Below the pieces are notes generated by a model. That model was given only the letters and a program-made list of their open reading frames with translations. It did no database searches and was not told the DNA's origin. A DNA stretch of 64,000 bases, from the IMG/VR virus record IMGVR_UViG_3300022856_000003; one strand, written 5' to 3'. The translations under genes were made by a program, and so were the position numbers. Origin of the DNA: a virus. This document shows positions 58,153 to 64,000 of the stretch, one piece after another; the first letter of the stretch is position 1; each line of letters starts with the position of its first letter.

Positions 58153-58938
58153 ATGGAGTTCATCGACAAGCGAGGGCAACTCCCTCAGCACGCCACCCTT
58201 CGATATGGCGTTCGCAAGATCGAGGATCTCCTCGGTACCTGCGACCATCACACCGCTGGCAACCCGCACATGGGTGACGACGGAAAGTGGGACTCGCACG
58301 TCGAGGTTGCCAGGTACCACTCGGGACCGAACTCGCACCTCAAGGAGGGTGGTGCACCAGGCATCGCCTACACCTACGTCATCGAGCCCGACGGCACGAT
58401 CATCGAGTGCTGGGACCTGACCGTGAAGACGTGGTCCCAGGGATTCCGCGACCGGAAGGGGGATGAGAACGCGCAGTTCGTGTCCATCAACCACGTCGGG
58501 AACTTCGAGTCCAAGAGCAACCGCTCGGGGAAGCGCCCGACGCAGCAACAGATTCTCGCCAGCATCGCGCTGCACCTTCATCTGACCGGGAACACCCAGG
58601 ACCCTCGCATCCCAGAACGCCTGTTCGGAGCCGTCCCCTACGGTCCCGGCGATCGATTCGGTCACCTCGACTTCGGCAAGCCAGCGTGCCCCGGTGACGA
58701 TGTGGCCATTCTGGGTGAACTGGCCCAGCATCATGCTTCTCCGAATCTCGTGGGAGACAAGGCGTGGCAGGAAGCTCTTCTGTCCGCTGGGTACGCCATG
58801 GTGAAGTACGGTGCTGACGGCGATTGGGGTATGGAGAGTCGAGAGGCGCTAGTCCGGTTCCAGCGCGATCATGGGCTCGAGGCCACTGGTCAGCGAGACA
58901 AGGCCACCGAGAAAGCCCTGGTCGACGCGACCGTTTGA
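58153..58938 (+). CDS. N-acetylmuramoyl-L-alanine amidase with C-terminal peptidoglycan-binding domain (endolysin)
   Basis: HHTAG, GIAYTYVIEPDG, VGNF, GHLDFGKPACPG; WQEAL..AGY..GADGDWG..FQRDHGLEATG. Confidence 0.88.
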   Translation: MEFIDKRGQLPQHATLRYGVRKIEDLLGTCDHHTAGNPHMGDDGKWDSHVEVARYHSGPNSHLKEGGAPGIAYTYVIEPDGTIIECWDLTVKTWSQGFRDRKGDENAQFVSINHVGNFESKSNRSGKRPTQQQILASIALHLHLTGNTQDPRIPERLFGAVPYGPGDRFGHLDFGKPACPGDDVAILGELAQHHASPNLVGDKAWQEALLSAGYAMVKYGADGDWGMESREALVRFQRDHGLEATGQRDKATEKALVDATV

Positions 58939-58992
58939 CTTCCGACTGAACATCGGATACCATGTCTACACGGAACGCGCCGAGGTGACGCG
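58935..58992 (+). promoter_or_regulatory. sigma70-like promoter plus imperfect GAGGT-loop hairpin
   Basis: TTGACT-17-TACCAT; CGCGCC-GAGGT-GACGCG. Confidence 0.65.
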
Positions 58993-59004
58993 GAGGAGTG
59001 AAGC

Positions 59005-59148
59005 ATGAGTGTTTTCAGTGTTCGACGAGCCCTGAGCGGATACATCAAGCACGCCAAGGCGTATGGACACCCGAAGAAGGGTGTCGGCAAGCGCAATGCC
59101 AGCAAGGCCCGTCGCCGTGTCGGCAAGGCCCTGGCCGCAGAAGGCTGA
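59005..59148 (+). CDS. small basic protein (47 aa, not in the supplied ORF track)
   Basis: GGAGGAG SD; MSVFSVRRALSGYIKHAKAYGHPKKGVGKRNASKARRRVGKALAAEG. Confidence 0.6.
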   Translation: MSVFSVRRALSGYIKHAKAYGHPKKGVGKRNASKARRRVGKALAAEG

Positions 59149-59386
59149 AATCGATTTCGCGATGGAGGTTTGATGTTTCTTTACAAGGTGACAGGTGAGG
59201 ACCTGACCGAGTACGGAGGAGTTGCTGTCGTCATTGCCGAAACTGAGGCTGATGCGTCCGTTTTGGTGACCAAGGAGTGCTCCGAGTTTTGCGAGGATCC
59301 TCGTCCACCAAAGGTTGAGTACATCGGCACTGCCTCATTCCACCTCGGGAAAGAATCGAAAATCCTTGTGGTCGAGGCCAACAGTT

Positions 59387-59797
59387 GTGTTTGAGATCTT
59401 CCTCATCCACGCGGTGTTTGAGTACCTGCTCCAGCCGGAGCCCATGCTCACGAACAAGCGCGAACCGAAGTTCAAGGGGTTTCTCTACCTCATTGGGCAC
59501 GTCGCGCTACCTACGGCCATCTGCGGCGGGTTAGGGCTCGTCGACTTCCCCCAGATCATCGCTCTCCTGGCCCTCCATCTGCTCGCTGATGGCCCGTTCG
59601 GTCGAGCGTTCGTCCGACTCCTGCCGGGTCAGTCCGTGGGTCGACTGATGTCCAGCAAGGAACACGAGGAATGGCCCATGCAGGTGCAAGCCCTCCAGTT
59701 CGGACTCGTAGCCTCCAGTGAGAAGATGACCTGGGCCACCCTTCATGCACTCGCCATCTACGGAGCCGTGACGCTCCCGGCGCTGATCATCGGGTGA
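59387..59797 (+). CDS. membrane protein (DUF3307-like)
   Basis: IHAVFEYLLQ...K...LIGH...LHLLAD...LHAL. Confidence 0.55.
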   Translation: MFEIFLIHAVFEYLLQPEPMLTNKREPKFKGFLYLIGHVALPTAICGGLGLVDFPQIIALLALHLLADGPFGRAFVRLLPGQSVGRLMSSKEHEEWPMQVQALQFGLVASSEKMTWATLHALAIYGAVTLPALIIG

Positions 59798-61005
59798 GCG
59801 GGTACACCCTCACAGAAGCGGCCTTCATCCTCGCCGAGCTGAACTACGGCTTCATCAAGCTCTACAACGACAAGGTGTCAGCTTCCTGTACCTGCAACCC
59901 GTCAAAGGACGATCGCAGCTTCATCGTCAAGGTCACCGGCAAGTTCCCTGGCTATTGGTGCCACCGCTGCAAGATGAAGGGGACGCTTGCCGACCTTGTT
60001 GGTCAGTCGTGGGCTCGAGGCTACAATCCCACCCAGGCTATGACGGTGGTGTGCGCTCACGAGCAAGCACGACTTCTCGACGAGGACTATTCCCCAGCGA
60101 CGAAGAAGGCGACGGTCTACGACCCTGCCCCCTATTCACCGAAGATTCTCCCGGGCGACAACGAGCCCATGAAGCACCTTCACTCGGTGCAGCTCAACCT
60201 GTCTGGCCGTGTGTCTCAGGTTGCCGCCGCGAAGCCATTGACCGAGAGGGACTACAACAGGTTCAGAGGTGGTCCGAGCAAGCTCCTGTTGCAGCGAGGG
60301 ATCTCGAGGTACACCCAGGCTCGCTACGGCATCCGACTGAACATGTGGAGCCGCCGCATAGTCATGCCCATCCGCGACTGGGAAGGGAAGCTCCAAGGTT
60401 GGAGCCAGAGGCGTACCCATGAGGGGCCTGACTGTTTCAAATGCGAAGCGAGCATCCTCAACAAGAGGGGCGACGACCTAGTTCACAAGTGCCCAGCGTG
60501 CGGGATGTTCTACCCGAAATACATGCACTCGAAGGGCTTCAAGAGGAACCAGAATCTCTACGGCGAATGGCTCTACGAACCAGGCTGTGTGCCCGTAATG
60601 GTCGAGGGTATGACCGACGCTCACAACCTCTTCGAGAAGAACTTGAGGCCACCGTTCGCCCTTCCACTAGGCGTGATGGGCGGGTCAGCCGCAGACACCC
60701 AGGTAGAGCGTCTCCTGCTGCAATTCCCGGATGGTCCGATCTTCACTATCCGTGACCACGACGACCCAGAGGAATATCCCGACCTCCACAGCATCGCTCC
60801 AGGTAAGGCCCCCGGTGATCTGATGGTCGAAGGGCTCGAGGCTCACGTCTTTATGCTGGATCCGTCGAGGCCGGTGTTCCACATCATCCCGCCGATGAAG
60901 TGCGACCCTGGAACGCTGGACTTCGATCAGGTGGATGTTGTTCGTGCCTTCATGGAATCAGCGATAGCGGACCCCGAGAACACGCCGAGAATCCTCACTC
61001 TGTAG
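59794..61005 (+). CDS. DNA primase (Zn-binding domain plus TOPRIM)
   Basis: CTC..YWCHRC..KG; RIVMPIRD, PKYMHS, VMVEGMTDA, DHDD, DPG. Confidence 0.85.
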   Translation: MSGYTLTEAAFILAELNYGFIKLYNDKVSASCTCNPSKDDRSFIVKVTGKFPGYWCHRCKMKGTLADLVGQSWARGYNPTQAMTVVCAHEQARLLDEDYSPATKKATVYDPAPYSPKILPGDNEPMKHLHSVQLNLSGRVSQVAAAKPLTERDYNRFRGGPSKLLLQRGISRYTQARYGIRLNMWSRRIVMPIRDWEGKLQGWSQRRTHEGPDCFKCEASILNKRGDDLVHKCPACGMFYPKYMHSKGFKRNQNLYGEWLYEPGCVPVMVEGMTDAHNLFEKNLRPPFALPLGVMGGSAADTQVERLLLQFPDGPIFTIRDHDDPEEYPDLHSIAPGKAPGDLMVEGLEAHVFMLDPSRPVFHIIPPMKCDPGTLDFDQVDVVRAFMESAIADPENTPRILTL

Positions 61006-61007
61006 GT

Positions 61008-61036
61008 TTGCTTTCTCGTTTGTTCAGTGCTAGCTT
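61008..61036 (+). promoter_or_regulatory. extended -10 promoter
   Basis: TTGCTT-17-TAGCTT (TGn) with TGTTCAG in the spacer. Confidence 0.5.
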
Positions 61037-61126
61037 CTGTCTCAGGTGCAGGGCACGGAACGCGCCATCCGTGACCAATTTCGCACCATTAGGCGCACCC
61101 AATACGAGAAGATCAGAGGTACCGAC

Positions 61127-62050
61127 ATGACCGCAGGATGGGCATCAACTGGCTATGACCAGATTGAGGAAGACAACAAGCAGCACGAGGCCGGTGAATA
61201 CGACGGCAAAATCCGGGAGTTCTGGACGAACCCCGAGCAGACCAAGCGCATCGTCATCGTCGATGACGCGCCCTTCGGTTTCTGGGCTCACAGCCTCTAC
61301 AACCTCGGTGTCAAGGGTGTCAGCCCGATCTGCCTCGACCGCAACCCGGGTCTGAGCGAGCAGTTCGGATCCTGCCCGTTCTGCGCGCAGAACAAGCTGT
61401 TCAAGGAGTCCAAGGGTGCGGCGGGTACGGAGATGTGGCCGAGCTACGTCGCCTACATCACAGTCATCGACTGCGGCGCGGTGAACATCCACCCGACGAC
61501 GAAGGCTCTCTCGCTCCAGGGGTGGGTCAACGACAAGGACCGCGAGTACAACTTCGACCGGAAGATCCTCCCCCTCAAGAAGGGTGGAAAGGACAAGCCT
61601 GGTCTGCTCAAGAAGGTCCAGCGCCTCCGTGACAAGAAGGGTGGTTCGCTCGTCGGCTGCGTCTTCGACCTCTACCGAGGCGGCAAGAAGGAGGAGCGCC
61701 CAGGCACCGAGTGGGAGTTCGTCACCAAGATGGACGTGACCACCCTCGAAGCCCTCAAGGAGGGCCTCAAGGGTCTCGACGGGATCAACCCCGACACGCA
61801 CCCTGCAATGATCGACGATGTCGTCAAGGAGAACGGGGTGGTCGACTACATGGACCACTTCCAGCCGCAGTCGGCATCCGCTCTGTCGCAGTTGTTCCTC
61901 GGTGGCGGTGGTGGGAAGGCCACGGCGAACAAGGCCCCGGCTGGTGGGTACGGCACGCCCGACCCCTCTGCTGACGGCGACACTGCACCGAAGCAGCCCC
62001 CTGCTGAGGTCAACACCGAGAACATCGACGACGAGGACATTCCCTTCTAG
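61127..62050 (+). CDS. single-stranded DNA-binding protein (gp32-like)
   Basis: H..C..CPFC putative Zn site, Gly/Pro linker, acidic tail NIDDEDIPF. Confidence 0.8.
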   Translation: MTAGWASTGYDQIEEDNKQHEAGEYDGKIREFWTNPEQTKRIVIVDDAPFGFWAHSLYNLGVKGVSPICLDRNPGLSEQFGSCPFCAQNKLFKESKGAAGTEMWPSYVAYITVIDCGAVNIHPTTKALSLQGWVNDKDREYNFDRKILPLKKGGKDKPGLLKKVQRLRDKKGGSLVGCVFDLYRGGKKEERPGTEWEFVTKMDVTTLEALKEGLKGLDGINPDTHPAMIDDVVKENGVVDYMDHFQPQSASALSQLFLGGGGGKATANKAPAGGYGTPDPSADGDTAPKQPPAEVNTENIDDEDIPF

Positions 62051-62054
62051 GGAT

Positions 62055-62145
62055 CGGATGGTTGTCGAGGTGAACGGCAGTCCGGGGAAAGCCCGGTGAC
62101 TGATGGGCTGGAAAAGGCGACGCCCCCTCGACAACTTCCCGTCCG
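62055..62145 (+). ncRNA. candidate structured RNA (multi-stem junction)
   Basis: GTTGTCGAGG/CCTCGACAAC 10-bp stem, outer CGGATG/CGTCCG, inner CAGTCCGGG-GAAAG-CCCGGTGACTG. Confidence 0.5.
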
Positions 62146-62169
62146 CGAAATCGATTTCATGAGGATGAG

Positions 62170-63705
62170 ATGCAGGTAGAGATCGACGGACTCGTATGGG
62201 TCCTCAAATCAGATCTAAAGCCCGCGCAGCTACATAACCTGCGCGAGGAGTTGACGGTCCTTCCGAAGTCGACATCGGAGTTCAGTGACGATGGGCCGAT
62301 CAAGCCCATCCGACTCTTCTCTGAGACTCCCGAGAAGTTCGGCATCCCGAGGGCTTGGTACAAAGAGAACGCAAAGGCGAAAGTCGATGTCGTCCTCAAC
62401 GTGTCCGACGGTGCTCCCATGCGCCAGGAGTGCCAGGACGGTGGTTTCACCGGAGCGACATCCGGCACCCCACGCTTCGACGAACAATCCAAGGTGGTTG
62501 AGCTATTCACGTCCCGCTTCAAGTCCTCCAGCTACGGCGGGGAGATTCTTGAGGCGGGCTGTGCTTTTGGGAAGACGGTCACGGCGTGCCGTATCGCGTA
62601 CAACCTGGGGTGCCGTACTGCGATCCTGGTCCACAAGGAGTTCTTCCTCAAGCAGTGGAAGAGCCGGATCGAAGAGTTCTTCCCTGGCGCTCGCGTAGGG
62701 ATCACTCGCCAGAAGAAGTGCCAGTTCAAGGGCTATGACTTTGTCATTTGCCTTGTCCAGTCTCTAGCCGCCAGGGACTACGGTGAGGCGTTTTACTCCG
62801 CGTTCGGACTCGTCATCACAGATGAGGTCCACCGCATCGGAGCAGCGACCTGGGCACCCCTGCTGCCCCAATTCAATGCACGGTTTCGACTGGGACTGTC
62901 TGCAACCCTGCGACGTTCGGATGGCTGCGAGGACGTGTTCTTCCAGCACATCGGACCCATCGGGTACACCGCAAAGACGGAAGGCACCACCTTCATGGTG
63001 TCAAAGCTCAACATTCCATTCGAGTTGAAGGCCATCCGTCGCGGCTCCTACTACGTGGCAATCGGAGACCTCAACCACGCGCAGATGGAGTCGCAGATAG
63101 CGGAGGATCTCGTGACCAACGCGAACCTCGTTGCCTCCATCGTGAAGGCCGTCCGTATCGGTAGGAAGTGCTTCGTCGTCTCGACTCGAACCGAACAGCT
63201 CTACCTGCTCGAGGAGATGCTCAAGGACTGGTTTGCTTCACATCCACAGTGGAGCGATACATCAATCGGGTGGGTCACTGGGTCGAGCTTCGCTCGGGAT
63301 GAGAGTGGAAACCGCTTCAAGCACCTCAAGAAGGTCAATGGTCGAAATAAGAGCGTCTGGAAGATGCGGAAGACGACTCAGGTCGAACTGGATCACGCTG
63401 ACACCTGTCAGGTGATGTTGGCCACGAAACAGATGATTGAAGAGGGGTACGATAACCAGGCGATCGACGCGCTGTACCTCGCAATGCCAATCTCAGATCC
63501 AGAGCAAACAGTGGGCCGAGGACGCCGCCCCTGCACGCCTTCTCCATCGAAATGCGAGAAGCTCTGCTCTTGGCGTGCTGGTGATTGTCAGGGCAAGCCT
63601 ACTCTCGTTGTTAAGGATGTGGTACACATAGGAGTACGACGGCTCGAGAATCGATGGAAGAAGCGCGCCCGCTTCTACAGAGCCGCTGGAGTGAAGGTTC
63701 CATGA
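62170..63705 (+). CDS. superfamily 2 helicase (UvsW/A18-like)
   Basis: AGCAFGKT, ITDEVH, GLSAT, EEGYD, QTVGRGRR. Confidence 0.9.
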   Translation: MQVEIDGLVWVLKSDLKPAQLHNLREELTVLPKSTSEFSDDGPIKPIRLFSETPEKFGIPRAWYKENAKAKVDVVLNVSDGAPMRQECQDGGFTGATSGTPRFDEQSKVVELFTSRFKSSSYGGEILEAGCAFGKTVTACRIAYNLGCRTAILVHKEFFLKQWKSRIEEFFPGARVGITRQKKCQFKGYDFVICLVQSLAARDYGEAFYSAFGLVITDEVHRIGAATWAPLLPQFNARFRLGLSATLRRSDGCEDVFFQHIGPIGYTAKTEGTTFMVSKLNIPFELKAIRRGSYYVAIGDLNHAQMESQIAEDLVTNANLVASIVKAVRIGRKCFVVSTRTEQLYLLEEMLKDWFASHPQWSDTSIGWVTGSSFARDESGNRFKHLKKVNGRNKSVWKMRKTTQVELDHADTCQVMLATKQMIEEGYDNQAIDALYLAMPISDPEQTVGRGRRPCTPSPSKCEKLCSWRAGDCQGKPTLVVKDVVHIGVRRLENRWKKRARFYRAAGVKVP

Positions 63706-64000
63706 GCGAAGTTGCCACTGTTGAAACGCCGAAGACCATGCTCACCGACGATGAGAAGAAGGCGAAGCGTCAGGCGTACAACCGCAGCTACTACGACACG
63801 CACAAGGATGATCTGCGAACGAAGAAGCGTGACCGCTACAACAACGACGAGGAGTACCGCGAGCGCGTGAAGCAGGACTCGAAGGCCCGTCGAAAGTCAG
63901 CGACCGGAACCAACGGCGCAGTGCTGGTTGAGGTCCTCAAGGTCATGGTGGAGGCGTTCCGACCTCGTCGTCTCGCTGAGGGCTGCAATCGCAGCATCAG
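63702..64000 (+). CDS. basic hypothetical protein, truncated by the window end
   Basis: ATGA overlap; YNRSYY..HK..KKRDRY..DEEYRE. Confidence 0.55.
   Translation, partial: MSEVATVETPKTMLTDDEKKAKRQAYNRSYYDTHKDDLRTKKRDRYNNDEEYRERVKQDSKARRKSATGTNGAVLVEVLKVMVEAFRPRRLAEGCNRSI

Larger units (their letters stand above)
1251..62159. repeat. dispersed 14-bp palindrome YGAAATCGATTKCR, 19 copies
   Basis: Copy starts with perfect GAAATCGATTTC core: 1251, 7714, 9740, 16023, 22748, 28372, 30967, 34993, 36115, 38928, 45601, 53810, 59146, 62146. One-mismatch variant (GAAATCGATTGC or its reverse): 2672, 13221, 41323, 47632, 53246. Confidence 0.95.

Noticed and set aside
62098-62150. Hammerhead ribozyme suggested by CTGATG...GAAA
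   Set aside because: The core reads CUGAUGG, not CUGAUGA, and the stems do not fit hammerhead topology.
1251-62159. Palindromes or GCACCATTGAG elements as a CRISPR array or transposon ends
   Set aside because: Copies are kilobases apart with no regular spacers, no cas or transposase genes and no target-site duplications seen.
1-64000. tRNA or rRNA genes, integrase, major capsid, terminase or tail genes
   Set aside because: None recognised by eye. Intergenic gaps lack T-loop and cloverleaf signatures; a tRNAscan-SE run would be needed to exclude tRNAs fully.

Overview
This 64 kb window is most likely part of a large (possibly jumbo) dsDNA bacteriophage genome. It is about 60% GC by eye and has roughly 140 tightly packed, often translationally coupled genes, essentially all on the + strand. 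Most genes are small hypotheticals. Recognisable ones: HNH and GIY-YIG nucleases, two MazG-like proteins, dNMP kinase, ATP-dependent DNA ligase, WGR protein, GroES, a Ycf46-like AAA ATPase / NrdG-like radical SAM / DUF2997 / DUF1257 cluster, a GHKL ATPase, ThyX, a KhpA-like KH protein, an amidase endolysin and a replication block (DnaC-like loader, DnaB-like helicase, primase, gp32-like SSB, SF2 helicase). The most striking signals are recurring patterns laid over the gene map. (1) About 24 unrelated proteins end in a similar acidic amphipathic C-terminal peptide (e.g. VDEVLDII), often after a Pro-rich linker. (2) A separate cluster of small proteins begins with MKxLIxxLxE, like T4 capsid-targeting leaders. 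(3) About 17 leader hairpins have fully variable stems but an invariant (A/G)AGGT loop, mostly just downstream of sigma70-like promoters. (4) There are 19 copies of the palindrome YGAAATCGATTKCR, in all reading frames. (5) There are four copies of a degenerate ~130 bp non-coding element starting GCACCATTGAG. All calls come from reading the sequence by eye; no database searches were run.
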